Shown here: piece after piece, positions 50,274-62,755 of the stretch
How the letters are laid out: every line of letters begins with the position of its first letter
Numbering within the stretch: position 1 is the stretch's first letter
Assembly (NCBI RefSeq): GCF_001194135.2
Contig: NC_068981.1
Location: 131,629,116-131,692,810, forward strand
From: Octopus bimaculoides
Taxonomy: Eukaryota
Reading direction: 5' to 3'
DNA length: 63,695 nt
Made by a program: the position numbers and the translations under genes
Notes under the pieces: model-generated
What the model saw: the letters and a program-made list of their open reading frames with translations, nothing else
The model's database searches: none
Told to the model about the DNA's origin: nothing

Positions 50274-50463
50274 ATCATCATCATCATCATCATCGTTTAA
50301 CGTCCGCTTTCCATGCTAGCATGGGTTGGACGATTTGACTGAGGACTGGTGAAACCGGATGGCAACACCAGGCTCCAATCTAATTTGGCAGAGTTTCTAC
50401 AGCTGGATGCCCTTTCTAACTGTAGAAACTCTGCCAAATTAGATTGGAGCCTGGTGTTGCCAT
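50274..50463 (-). mobile_element. Short RTE 3'-end insertion terminating in a perfect fold-back inverted duplication
   Basis: (CAT)n tail at 50274. Arms 50359-50402 and 50420-50463 (44/44) with a 17-nt loop. Confidence 0.92.
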
Positions 50464-50654
50464 AAAAATCTTCAACTACACCCAGAAAATCCTTGTGGCA
50501 CTGTGGTGTTCTGTATGAGAATCACAGCTGCAAATCTGTTCATAGGATTCTTGAATTAATCATTACATCTGTTTTTAGCAAACTTTAATAACCCTTACAA
50601 TTGATATCTATTCAATGTCAGGATCCTGACTTCTCTTTGGACAAAATTGTATAG

Positions 50655-51271
50655 CTCTTTAGCATTTAAACCAGCTATATCCAGCCCAAGTGGAGGCACA
50701 ATGGCCCAGTGGTTAGGGCAGCGGACTCGCAGTCATAGGATCGCGGTTTCGATTCCCGGACCGGGCATTGTGAGTGCTTATTGAGAGAAAACACCTAAAG
50801 CTCCACGAGGCTCCGGCAGGGGATGGTGGCGAACCCTGCTGTACTCTTTCACCACAACTTTCTCTCACTCTTACTTCCTGTTTCTGTTGTACCTGTATTT
50901 CAAAGGGCCAGCCTTGTCACACTGTGTCACGCTGAATATCCCCAAGAACTACATTAAGGGTACACGTGTCTGTGGATTGTTCAGCTACTTGCACGTTAAT
51001 TTCACGAGCAGGCTGTTCCGTTGATCGGATCGACTGGAACCCTCAATGTCGTAAGCAACGGAGTGCCAACAACATCCAGCCCAAGTATTCTACCTGCTTT
51101 ATGATCAAACTGGTCAAGATCTGGCCTCTCACCCCTACCCTACAACATCATTCTAAAAATAAACAATAACATCATCAAAATTTCAAAGCTATGAAATAAA
51201 GCATAATTAATTCAAAACAATGTGAATAAATAAGAATTTCATTTGACACAATAATCTGAAATGCTAAAGGG
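50655..51271. mobile_element. piggyBac-type MITE split by a SINE-B insertion
   Basis: The two halves (50655-50691 and 51074-51271) rejoin into the ~220-bp family. Confidence 0.78.
50692..51073 (+). mobile_element. SINE family B, full length, 13-bp TSD
   Basis: TSD atccagcccaagt at 50679-50691 and 51074-51086. A-box tggcccagtgg (50702-12) and B-box ggtttcgattcc (50745-56). Confidence 0.93.
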
Positions 51272-51728
51272 ATAGACTAATATCCATAAGTATTTAGTCT
51301 CACTGTGAAATTAGGGCCTACAGTTACAGCACACTTTTTTTTTTTTTTTTGGATGGTAGCAGTTAGGATCAAATTGACCAATTTCACCATCCTTCACATC
51401 CTTTATCATTTATCTCTCCCTTTCAAGCTGCTGTAAGTTAGTAAGTGGAGAGCTACTTATAACAATGTAAACAAAACAGACCCAGATGAGACAGACGTTC
51501 TACTGAATAAAATGATACATTTAGCTGATAAATCTGTTACAAATATGACTTCTTTTCTTAAAAACCTTCTTTACAGCAGCACAATATTTAAAGCAGGACA
51601 AAATCAAATGAATCATGTCAACACAGAACAATAAATTGATAATCTAGTAACTGATCCTCTGTGCCTTTTACTTCTGTGATCCACAGTAAAGTGAGTCGTA
51701 TCTAAACACTATTGAGATTGTGCAGAGG

Positions 51729-52136
51729 TACTCTTTACTCTTTTACTTGTTTCAGTCATTTGACTGCGGCCATGCTGGAGCACCGCCTTTAGTCGAACAA
51801 ATCGACCCCCGGACTTATTCTTTGTAAGCCTAGTACTTATTCTATCAGTCTCTTTTGCCGAACCGCTAAGTTACGGGGACGTAAACACACCAGCATCGGT
51901 GGTCAAGCGATGGTAGTGGGGACAAACACAGACACACAAACACACATACATATATATACATATGCATATATACGACGGGCTTCTTTCAGTTTCCGTCTAC
52001 CAAATCCACTCACAAGGCTTTGGTCGGCCCAAGACTATAGTAGAAGACACTTGCCCAAGGTGCCACGCAGTGGGACTGAACCTGGAACCATTAGGTTGGT
52101 AAGCAAGTTACTTGCCACACAGCCACTCCTGTGCCT
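51729..52136 (-). mobile_element. SINE family A, full length, young
   Basis: Near-identical reverse complement of 1-320, plus the head. Confidence 0.9.
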
Positions 52137-52599
52137 ATAGGTAAAGTACATTTCTTTGAAAAGAAAGTCAAAAATCCTTGAGGTGGTTTAGGTATCATAA
52201 AAAATGAGACTTCCAGAATAGGATTGAAGAGCCCCAGTACACATAGTAATAGGGTCCTTAAGAAATGCTTGTATGAGGAAAGAAGAAGTGTTTATTTTTG
52301 AGAAGAGACATCACGCTAAGTGAAATCATCATCATAGCCAGTGCCATGACATGTAAAAGGCATCCATGCTGGTGACATAAAAGACACTCTGTGGAGTGGT
52401 TGGCATTAGGAAGAGCATCCAGCCAAAACAGACTGGAGCCTGGTGTAGCTCTCCAGTTTACCAGCCCCAGTCAAGCTATCTTACCCATACCAGCATGGAA
52501 AACAGATGCCAAATAATGATGATGTTGAACATTTACATTCTAAGTATTTTATATTTTATAATATGGCTACAGAGAAATATATTAGAGAAGACACTTCAC

Positions 52600-53025
52600 T
52601 CATCATCATCGTTTAACGTCCGCTTTCCATGCTAGCATGCGTTGGACAATTTGACTGAGGACTGGTGAAACCGGATGGCAACACCAGGCTCCAATCTGAT
52701 TTGGCAGAGTTTCTACAGCTGGATGCCCTTCCTAACGCCAACCACTCAGAGAGTGTAGTGGGTGCTTTTACGTGTCACCCGCACGAAGGCCAGTCAGGCG
52801 GTACTGGCAACGGCCACGCTCAAAATGGTGTATTTTATATGCCACCCGCACAAGAGCCAGTCCAGGGGCACTGGCAACGATCTCGCTCGAAAATCCTTAC
52901 ACATGTCACGGGCACAAGTGCCAGAAAGGCGATGCTGGGCACAAGTGCCAGAAAGGCGATGCTGGGCACAAGTGCCAGAAAGGCGACGCTGGGCACAGGT
53001 GCTATCCCGATTTCGCTTGCCCCAG
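52600..53025 (-). mobile_element. Young RTE 3' end with an internal 27-nt triplication (52910-52997)
   Basis: gggcacaagtgccagaaaggcgatgct x3 plus 7 nt; lies ~190 nt from the donor site of exon 53219. Confidence 0.9.
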
Positions 53026-53218
53026 ATATTTGGCTCTAATGAAAAATAGCTCACTTTTAGCCATGTGTGCATATGTATGTGCATATGAATGCATATGTGT
53101 GTGCCTAAGTGTATGTGTATGTTTTGTATTTGCATGTGCTGTGTCCATGCATGCACCAACGTGTACATAATGTAAACTCATATTTATACTCATATATAAA
53201 ATAAATCAAGTGCTTTAC

Positions 53219-53291
53219 CTGTATTTGTGAAACTGAGCCAAAGTTTGTTGGCAATGGACATCATACATTCCACATACTTCCCATAGGCTTC
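53219..53291 (-). CDS. VPS9D1: VPS9D1-like, most 5' coding exon found (EAYGKYVECMMSIANKLWLSFTNT; phase 0 to 1)
   Basis: tttcag acceptor (53292-93) and gtaaag donor (53217-18). Peptide resembles human VPS9D1 EAYTEYLRSIHYISQVL (MIT-like region, recalled). 73 nt, in phase with the next exon. Confidence 0.85.
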
Positions 53292-54230
53292 CTGAAATGA
53301 AAAGACATTAGGGAATAATAAACTCATTAATAAACGACTCAAATGAATAAAGGTGAAATTAATTACTATTTATTCTTTTTTTATTTCATTTTCCTTCCAG
53401 ACAAACAAAAAGAAAACTATAAACACATCCCCGCCTAAATGGCTGAAACTTCAACTGTCTCCCTAAAACCAACCACCTTGCAAGTCTCTATTGAAATTGC
53501 AATGAATATTTCCAGTGGCTACCTCACTGGTAGCAAATTAATCTATCATTGTCTTCTCTTTCAGTGAAAGTGCACTAAATCAAAAGGTTATACTAAGATA
53601 ATCAATTCAGTTACCATACTGATGTAAGTTTTGTTTTATCAGAGTGAGTTGATTAGAGATATTCGGCAACGATTAAACAAATAAATGTCTGTTTTTATTA
53701 ATTTGTCTATGATGTACCAATTTTGATTATGTTAAAGATGATAGCATGAATAAAACAAATCAAAAATTACCAAAGAAATAACAAAACAGTTTATAATTTA
53801 TATTTGATTTCAATTTATAAACTATTCAACATAGAAAGTATTTTATTTTCACTCTATACCCCTTCATGTAATGTGTGTGTGTATGTATGAGTAAAACAGT
53901 ATTTCACTGTTTTCAAGTAAATGGGAACCTTTCTGTAAAGGCTGGATTCTTTATTGAAGAAATAATTGTGAAATAATACAGAATTAATGATGTCAGTATT
54001 ATAGGTAATCTGAAGGCAGCAAGCTGCAGAATCCTTATCACACCAGACAAAATGCTTAGCAGCATTTCATTCATCTTTACATTCTGAGCTCAAATTCCAT
54101 TGAGGTCAACTTTGCCTTTTGGAGTTGATAGAATAAGTACCACTGGAGCTCTGGGATCATTATAATCAACTTACACACCCTGCCCTGAAATTTCAGGCCT
54201 TGTGCCTATACCAGAAAGGAATATTATAGA

Positions 54231-55327
54231 CTAGCAGAAATACCCGGCTTTGCCCGGGTTAAAGAGAATAATGAAATCTAAAAACGCCGTCTAGACTATG
54301 CAACCCTCAACTGTTAGTAGCTACGATACCATATTTCTACATTAATAACTCTCCAATCCATGCCAGCATGGAACATAGACATTAAGTAGAATGCCAGTCT
54401 CTCATCTAGGAGGGCCTTGAAATCAATGTTACCAACTGGGGACTATGTGAATCAGTGGAGGCAAAGATGTGTCTCATTTACTTGACAATTTATGCACCAC
54501 ATTGCAGAAATCACAATGAAAGTATATCTGAAAGGGTAGTCTTACACTGTTGTACCGTTGAATTACAAATAATGCTCATCTGTTATGTTCGGGTTANNNN
54601 NNNNNNNNNNNNNNNNNNNNNNNNNNNNNNNNNNNNNNNNNNNNNNNNNNNNNNNNNNNNNNNNNNNNNNNNNNNNNNNNNNNNNNNNNNNNNNNNNNNN
54701 NNNNNNNNNNNNNNNNNNNNNNNNNNNNNNNNNNNNNNNNNNNNNNNNNNNNNNNNNNNNNNNNNNNNNNNNNNNNNNNNNNNNNNNNNNNNNNNNNNNN
54801 NNNNNNNNNNNNNNNNNNNNNNNNNNNNNNNNNNNNNNNNNNNNNNNNNNNNNNNNNNNNNNNNNNNNNNNNNNNNNNNNNNNNNNNNNNNNNNNNNNNN
54901 NNNNNNNNNNNNNNNNNNNNNNNNNNNNNNNNNNNNNNNNNNNNNNNNNNNNNNNNNNNNNNNNNNNNNNNNNNNNNNNNNNNNNNNNNNNNNNNTCTCT
55001 CTCTGAAAGTATCTGTCATTACAGTATCGAAATGTGATTGTTTCAGTTAGTAGAATAGTTTCATTTTTAAAGTGAAAGTATTTGACATGAGTGTTTTTGT
55101 TTCACTTTTGACACTTAATACTTAAATAGTGGAGGAGATATTATGTTGCTGTGGGCTCGAACTCTGCAAGAAGTTAAAATTTTTTTTGACTAAAACACAA
55201 CTGGAACCCTAAGTAAGGCATCTGTAAAATTTGAATGAAATTGGTTGCGCAGTTCTCGAGTTTTAGGGATTCACACACACAGACAGACAGACAGACAGAC
55301 ACACATTCTCATTTTTATATATATAGA
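54231..55327 (-). mobile_element. Non-autonomous Helitron (Lep1-like), with an internal N-gap
   Basis: Minus strand reads A|TCTATATATATAAAAATGAG...(TGTC)n... and ends with GC-rich hairpin acccgg-ctttgc-ccgggt (54242-59) then CTAG|T. These are the canonical A/T target and TC...CTRR termini. Continuity across the gap is assumed. Confidence 0.8.
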
Positions 55328-55435
55328 TAATCTCACTATACAAATCAGTATTATTTTTCTAATGTTCTGATGATTTGTAAAAATCATTAGGGCATCAAAG
55401 AAAAGTATGTTGTGGTTTTTGATCAGAATCTTTAA

Positions 55436-55655
55436 CCCTTTAGCATTCAAACAGGCCATGTCCGGCCCAAGTATTTGATCTGTTTTATGTTCAAACTGGC
55501 TAGATCTGGCCTCTCACACATACTCTACAATGTCATTCTAAACATAAACAATCACATCATCAAAATCATAGAGCTATGAGATAATGCATAATTAATATGA
55601 AACAATGTAGATAAATAAGCATTACAGTTGATGGATTAATTTGAATGCTAAAGGG
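55436..55655. mobile_element. piggyBac-type MITE, 220 bp
   Basis: TTAA|ccctttagcattc ... gaatgctaaaggg|ttat. Confidence 0.8.
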
Positions 55656-55929
55656 TTATATACTGAATTCAAATTACACTATGATCAACTTTACCTTTCA
55701 TCCTTTCAGTATCAATAAGATAAAATACCTACTAGGGTCAATACCAAATAACCCCTCCTCTCAAAAACTCATTTGGAAACCATTAATATCAATATAGTAA
55801 GGGTGGTGGTTTGGTAAAACCATTAGAGCACTAAAGAAAATGTCTTGCACAATCTGTTTTGGCTCTTTTGAATTCCATTGAAGTCAACTTTACCTTTCAG
55901 CCTTCTGGAAACATCATTATATTTTTAGT

Positions 55930-56315
55930 GTCTGTTTTCCATACTAGCATGGCTAAGATGGTTTGACTGAAGCTGGTGAATCAGTGAACTACACCAGGCT
56001 CCAGTCTGTTTTGACTTCGTTTCTTAGGCTGGATGCCCTTCCTAGTGCCAAGCGCTCCACAGAGTGTACTGGGTGCATTTTACATGTCACCAGCATGGGT
56101 GCCAATTACATGTCACTGGCACAGGTGTCCTTCATGTGTCATCAGCACAGGCCACAACTATGATTTCATTTAACTTGATGTGTCTTCTCAAGCACAGCAA
56201 ATCACCATAAATCTCAACCACTTGTCATCACCTCTGTGAGACTCAACAATTGAAGATCATATTTCACCACCTCATTCCACATCTTCCTGGGTTTATCTCT
56301 TCCACAGGTTCCATC
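55930..56315 (-). mobile_element. Decayed RTE 3' end plus ORF2 terminus
   Basis: ttccatactagcatgg..., ggatgcccttcctag, ttcctgggtttatctcttccacaggttcc. Confidence 0.75.
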
Positions 56316-57439
56316 TAATAAAAAAAAAGTACCAGTCAAGTACTGAGGTCAATCTAATCAACTCACAAATTTCTGGCCTAGTGTCTATGTTAGAAACAGT
56401 TAACATATTAAGTAAATATTATTGTGGTGAATACTAAACATAGAAGTCAGCTCTTAGTGAACTGAATCAACATCAACAATGTGATTTCAATTCCTAATCA
56501 TAGCCATTTAGCATAAGCCATTAATGTCCTGAAAGACAATGTTACAACAGTCCACTTCATCATTCCTAAACATATGATTCCTTTTTAAGAAGAAAAAGAA
56601 GTGATTATTAAATTAGAAAATCAGTGGCGATTCTTGACACTCAAGCCTAGGCATGCAATTTTATTACAACAAAACCATATAATTGAAAGAAAGTACATAT
56701 TGCATGTAAGTACCCTCTTACAAGCTATCTTATTTTTTTGCATTCATTTTACATCTTAAGTATACATTGCATTCATAGGGAAATGCCACTGTGGGGACTT
56801 CTGTAACAGTATGGACAAGTTAGTTATGTGGATAAGATATTTGGTTCTCTGCTCTTGGATATGGAACTCAAATCTCATGCATGTATCTTATTGTACTTCT
56901 GCACAAAGCCCATTATTTTATGCTGCCCCAGTTCACCTAGTTTTTGAAAATAAGTAGCAGATCACCTGAGAATCTGCCTGAAATAGATCCTCATTTCATT
57001 CAAGGAGACATTCATCTTTCATCTAATTCAGGTCATTCGTGGACTTTATATACACAGCATAGCCAAATGGTTGGAAAGTTCATTTCACAATTACATAATC
57101 TTGGATTCAATCCCACTGCATGATGTCTTGGACAAGTACTAGTTTTAACCATAGCCCCAGTTTAACCCAAGTCTTGTGAGTGAAACTGAGTAGATACAAA
57201 CTATACAGAAGTTAACTGAATACATTGGCCTTGAAATTCAAAGGTTCGATTGTATCATACTGATTCTGTCTTGTCAGCAGAGTATTCAGTTACTTCCATA
57301 TTAAGTCAAAAGTTGATTGAACAGCTGGATACTCACTATCAAACCCGAACAAAATCCATAACTTCAGGCCATGAACCCAAAGCAAAGCAATGATTCTGCA
57401 AGCACCTCCTCAGGTCTTGCAAAACATTTATATTACATA

Positions 57440-57862
57440 ACAACTTGCCAGTGCCGATGGACTGGCCCCTATGCAGGTGACACATAAAATACACCATTTC
57501 GAGCGTGGCCGTTGATTGTTACCAACGTCGCCACCCTGGCACTTGTGCCAGTGGCACGTGAAAAGACATACGAGCGAGATCGTTGCCAGTGCCGATGAAC
57601 TGGCCCCTGTGCAGGTGGCACGTAAAATACACCATTTTGAGCGTGGCCGTTGCCAGTACCTCCTGACTGGCCTTTGTGCCAGTGGCACGTAAAACACCCA
57701 CTACACTCGGAGTGGTTGGTGTTAGGAAGGGCATCCAGCTGTAGAAACTCTGCCAAATCAGATTGGAGCCTGGTGTAGCCATCTGGTTTCACCAGTCCTC
57801 AGTCAAATCGTGCAACCCATGCTAGCATGGAAAGCGGACGTTAAACGAAGATGACGATGATA
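57440..57862 (+). mobile_element. Young RTE 3' end with repeated modules
   Basis: Near-consensus tail ...agcggacgttaaacga. Confidence 0.9.
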
Positions 57863-59542
57863 ATGAATAACTGATACAAAGTAAAAGCAAGCCAAAACCC
57901 ATGGTCTAGTTTCAATTCTTAATTGGAATCATTTCATTTAAGTAGCTATTAGCATTTCCAGCTCACACAAAAATATCAAACCATTTGTCTGTGCAAAAAA
58001 ATCTGCAAATGAGAGATCCATATGAACCTGGCAGACAAAAAGAAAATGAATTTCTTTCCTCGCTATGAGTGAATAAATATCAAAAGTTGTTACATTGTTA
58101 AAATTTTTAAGTAAGAGTTACAGATGTTTCCATTTTTTTATTTGGGAGAGCAGGATTATAAATGAAAATCGTTTTAATTTATTGTTCTATTTGTGCTACG
58201 ATGGTAACATCATTGATCTTAGAACAGATGGTGTTGCTTCACTCCAGTGCATGTATACAAATAGAAATATGACAAAAGCAACTCTCGGCTTATAGTAAAC
58301 CAGAATGTGCCAATAGAGCAATTGGTCATAATGGAGAATAAGTTATAATGGAAAATTGCTTATAATAGTGAAATAGTCCTAAAGAAAGATAGGTCATACT
58401 ACAACATCAGTTACATTCTCCTCATTCTGCACAAATACACTGTTTTGTATGGTCTAGTGCTTTTAGGACATGAATTTTCATTATTTGCTAAGCTTGTAAT
58501 CAAGAATGCTTCAGTGATCTAGTAACACAGAAAATTGATACATTGACTAATAACACAGGAGATATAGACTGTAATTTAATTTCATTCCTTGTGCACCCAA
58601 TGGAACATCAGATGATAAGAAATTTCCAACTAGCATGGCCACAATCCCTGTCACAAATCTTCTCCCAAAATAGGCCCATATCTGCCAGGTCCTTCACAAC
58701 AGTTCTCAACCTGCCCTTCTACTACAGCAAATCGGTTACATCTCCTACATTCACCACCACCACTTTCTGACTTCCAGTCAAGAGAAACTGTCACTGGTGT
58801 CTTTGTAGGAATGCATAGCACACAACCTAGTATCTTCCAACATCTTATGGCTATAGTATCCCATAGATTACTCAACCAGCCCCTTTCCCTGATTTATACA
58901 TTCATGATATGGCCATGCCGAGAAATTATTAGTACAACCCACCTTCCTATTACGATGCTGTGACTTTTTACAGGGCATGACTCTATAGATACAAAATTTG
59001 CTTTACAACAATATGGTTACAGGTTCTAACCTACTACATGACACTTTTGGTAAGTGTATTCTACAACCACAGGCTGGTCAATGGCTCATGAATGAAATTT
59101 GTTGGAAAGAAATTGTACAGAAGCCTGTCTCACTCAAACACACACATATATATGTCCATTTTTCCATGCTAGCATGGGTTAGACAGATATATCATTGAGG
59201 TGTTGCTTGTACATCTGGATGTCCTTCTAATCATTGAAGGTGTAAAGCCAGTGGATGATTTGTTGATGGGGTAAATGCCAACAACACCACAGTAGTTTTC
59301 AGAAGTGTAAATGTAAACAAACACACAGATACAACAAACATGCACAAACGCACACATTAATTTATTTATATATACACATACACATATACATACACACACA
59401 CGTGTGTGTGTGTGTGAGTGTACATTCAAAAGACTCTGGTCGGCCTGATGGTAAAGTAAGAGACATTTGTCCACGACATTACTCTGTAGGACTGAACCCT
59501 AAACCAAGTGGTTGGGAAGCAAACTTCTTAACCAAGCAGCAG

Positions 59543-59585
<43 letters not shown>

Positions 59586-60189
59586 ATGTTGACTGAATTC
59601 TGCAAATTTTCACACTGACTCCATATGATTTTGAACAATAGTGATGATTGTTTACATCTCCTGTAAAATATGTCCCACAGCTTTATCATTTTCATCAATG
59701 AAGATCAATGGAATCAACAAATTGTAAACTAAGTAAATGTAGGCAACTGGTAGAGCATCAAGCTTTAGAAAACCACCTCAGTTACCATCCAACTTATGCC
59801 AGCATGGAAAAAGCAGGTTAATTACTCAATTAACTTGAGTAATTTATTTTTCAATACACAAAATTTTTCACACTTACATGCGTGCTATGATGCACATTTA
59901 ATTGGTGATGCACTCATCACTAATTAAGCAAATACAGTAAAGTTTATGCTTTATTAATGAGGTGTAATAAGACCAAAATATGTGTGGCACTGCCACTAAT
60001 TAAATATCAAACTCACTACACACTCCATACATCCATTCAATTTTTTAACAATCTAAATTCCAGAGTTGCCTCCTCCACCTTAAATCATCACTAACATTAA
60101 TGATTTTCCGTCCTCTTATAAGTGTAATTTCAATTAATTAAGAATTATTTTGGGTGCACTACTTTGAGTATTTCATATGTGCAACACAT

Positions 60190-60635
60190 AAAAAGCATCC
60201 TTTGAACATTGGGTGATATACTGTAGTTGAGAAGACCCATCAAGCCAAGTGAAATCTTACTTGCAGCCGATGCCAATGTTGCATAACTGGCACCTGTACT
60301 AGTGGCATGTACAAAGCACCCTTCAAATATTGGGCCTCACAGAGGCAATGACAAGTGACTGAGACCTTTGGCAATATACCGTGCTTGAGCAGACCTGTCA
60401 AGCCAAGTGAGATCATAGTCGTGGCCATTGCTAGTGTCATGTAAATGGCACCCATGCTGGTGGTATGTAAAAAACACCCACTACGTTCTTGGAGTGGTTG
60501 GCATTAGGAAAAGCATCCAACTGTAGAAACCCTGCCAAATGAAACTGAAAGCTGGTGCAGCTCCCCAACTTACCAGTTTTCAGTCAGACCGTCCAACCCA
60601 TGCCAGCATGGAAAACAGACATTAAATGATGATAT
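60190..60635 (+). mobile_element. Older RTE 3' end
   Basis: Divergent modules and tail. Confidence 0.8.
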
Positions 60636-61409
60636 ATATATATGACCTTGAAAAACATGTAATTTGTGGAAATGCGTGGAGTGGTGCATTAAAATATTTA
60701 TAAATTCCATCTAAGGATTATTATTATCATTATTATTACTATATTTATCCTACATTATATCCTACAACTAGCACAGCCAGTTGGCATCATTAGGCTGTAG
60801 CTGGCATATTAGAATAGGATCTTTTATACACATATTCAAAACATTTCCTGTAAATGAACTTAAAGGATATATATTTTCATATATATATATATATATATAC
60901 ATATATTCTTCTTGCAGAAGGCATCCCTGGAAAATTTTCTTATACCTGCCAATGGAGTGAATGATTTTCACACCAAGTCTATATCATTTCATTCATTTTA
61001 AATTCAAAAGTTTATGTTAGACTATACTTCACTGAAGTGATTTAACAGAACCAAAACCCGTTCAGAGTTGCCACTATAAATATCAAAAATCTAACTCTTC
61101 CCACTGTGTATTGCTATTTAATTTTTAATCAATTTAAATTTCAGAGTTCTCTCCCTCATCTTCTTTAACAAGAATTGTCATTAATGCTAATTATTTCCTT
61201 TTCTTATATTCATTTTGGTTCATTACATTATGAAAGCTTGCCTTAACTATATATTCCAAATATAGTTTGCTGGAGAACTAGGGAATTTAATTTCTTGACT
61301 TTAAAATGATTAGCACTTTCCCATTCAAGAGAATTTTTATTGATATTTTTTTTAATCGTTGTATGAAATAGTTATCAAGTGTAAATAGTAACATATGAAT
61401 ATTTATATT

Positions 61410-62755
61410 GAAGTTAGTTTTTGTATGTAGCAGATGTTCAGGAGCTATAAACACTGTAAATGTGCAGAAAACAACTTCTGCCACATTCCAGGGAGAAAAA
61501 CTACAAGTGGTTGATAGCTTCCGCTATCTAGGTGACCAAATTAGTAGTGGGGGAGGGTGCGCTGAAAGTGTAGCTGCTAGAATAAGAATAGCCTGGGCAA
61601 AGTTCAAAGAGCTCTTACCTCTGCTGGAGACAAAGGGTCTCTCAGAGTAAAAGGCAGACTGTATGACGCATGTGTACAAACAGCCATGCTTCATGGCAGT
61701 AAAACATGGGCCGTGACTGCTGAAGACATGCGTAGGCTCACAAGGAATGAAGCCAGTATGCTCCAATCGATGTGTAATGTCAGTGTGCATACTAGACAGA
61801 GTGTAANNNNNNNNNNNNNNNNNNNNNNNNNNNNNNNNNNNNNNNNNNNNNNNNNNNNNNNNNNNNNNNNNNNNNNNNNNNNNNNNNNNNNNNNNNNNNN
61901 NNNNNNNNNNNNNNNNNNNNNNNNNNNNNNNNNNNNNNNNNNNNNNNNNNNNNNNNNNNNNNNNNNNNNNNNNNNNNNNNNNNNNNNNNNNNNNNNNNNN
62001 NNNNNNNNNNNNNNNNNNNNNNNNNNNNNNNNNNNNNNNNNNNNNNNNNNNNNNNNNNNNNNNNNNNNNNNNNNNNNNNNNNNNNNNNNNNNNNNNNNNN
62101 NNNNNNNNNNNNNNNNNNNNNNNNNNNNNNNNNNNNNNNNNNNNNNNNNNNNNNNNNNNNNNNNNNNNNNNNNNNNNNNNNNNNNNNNNNNNNNNNNNNN
62201 NNNNNNNNNNNNNNNNNNNNNNNNNNNNNNNNNNNNNNNNNNNNNNNNNNNNNNNNNNNNNNNNNNNNNNNNNNNNNNNNNNNNNNNNNNNNNNNNNNNN
62301 NNNNNNNNNNNNNNNNNNNNNNNNNNNNNNNNNNNNNNNNNNNNNNNNNNNNNNNNNNNNNNNNNNNNNNNNNNNNNNNNNNNNNNNNNNNNNNNNNNNN
62401 NNNNNNNNNNNNNNNNNNNNNNNNNNNNNNNNNNNNNNNNNNNNNNNNNNNNNNNNNNNNNNNNNNNNNNNNNNTGCCAGTGCCGCTGTACTGGCTCTTG
62501 TGCGGGTGGCACATAAAATACACCATTTTGAGCGTAGCCGTTGCCAGTACCGCCGGACTGGCCTTCGTGCCGGTGGCACGTAAAAGCACCCACTACACTC
62601 TCGGAGAGGTTGGCGTTAGGAAGGGCATCCACCTGTAGAAACTCTGTCAAATCAGATTGGAGCCTGGTGTAGCCATCTGGTTCACCAGTCCTCAGTCAAA
62701 TAGTCCAACCCATGCTAGCATGGAAAGCGGACGTTAAACGATGATGATGATGATG
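61410..62755 (+). mobile_element. 5'-truncated RTE LINE (ORF2 C-terminus, N-gap, 3' end with ATG tail)
   Basis: FVCSRCSG...VDSFRYLGDQISSGGGCAESVAARIRIAWAKFKELLPLL and MLHGSKTWAVTAEDMRRL. Confidence 0.92.

Noticed and set aside
50692-50765. tRNA genes at SINE heads (also ~5805-5877, ~41195-41266, ~36190-36258)
   Set aside because: A and B boxes are present, but I see no complete cloverleaf/acceptor stem, and each continues into a SINE body.
56966-56977. Possible 12-nt micro-exon (tttcag GCAGATTCTCAG gtgatc)
   Set aside because: Weak donor and no homology support; expected by chance in 10 kb of intron.
42734-57792. Recurrent ORFs MKPDGNTRLQSDLAEFLQLDALPNANHSESVVGAFTCH... (42734, 43563, 52665, 57469; similar at 15251, 24681, 61691)
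   Set aside because: These are antisense readings of the RTE 3'UTR. They recur because the repeat recurs, have no splice context, and do not form a gene family.
58540-59000. Short ORFs on both strands with a somewhat coding-like composition
   Set aside because: Interrupted by stops with no recognisable motif; possibly an ancient element, but I cannot support a call.
909-62650. Long ORFs containing runs of X (e.g. 3514-4446, 14054-14586, 29429-30291, 54455-55037, 61524-62650)
   Set aside because: They are open only because N-gaps contain no stop codons.
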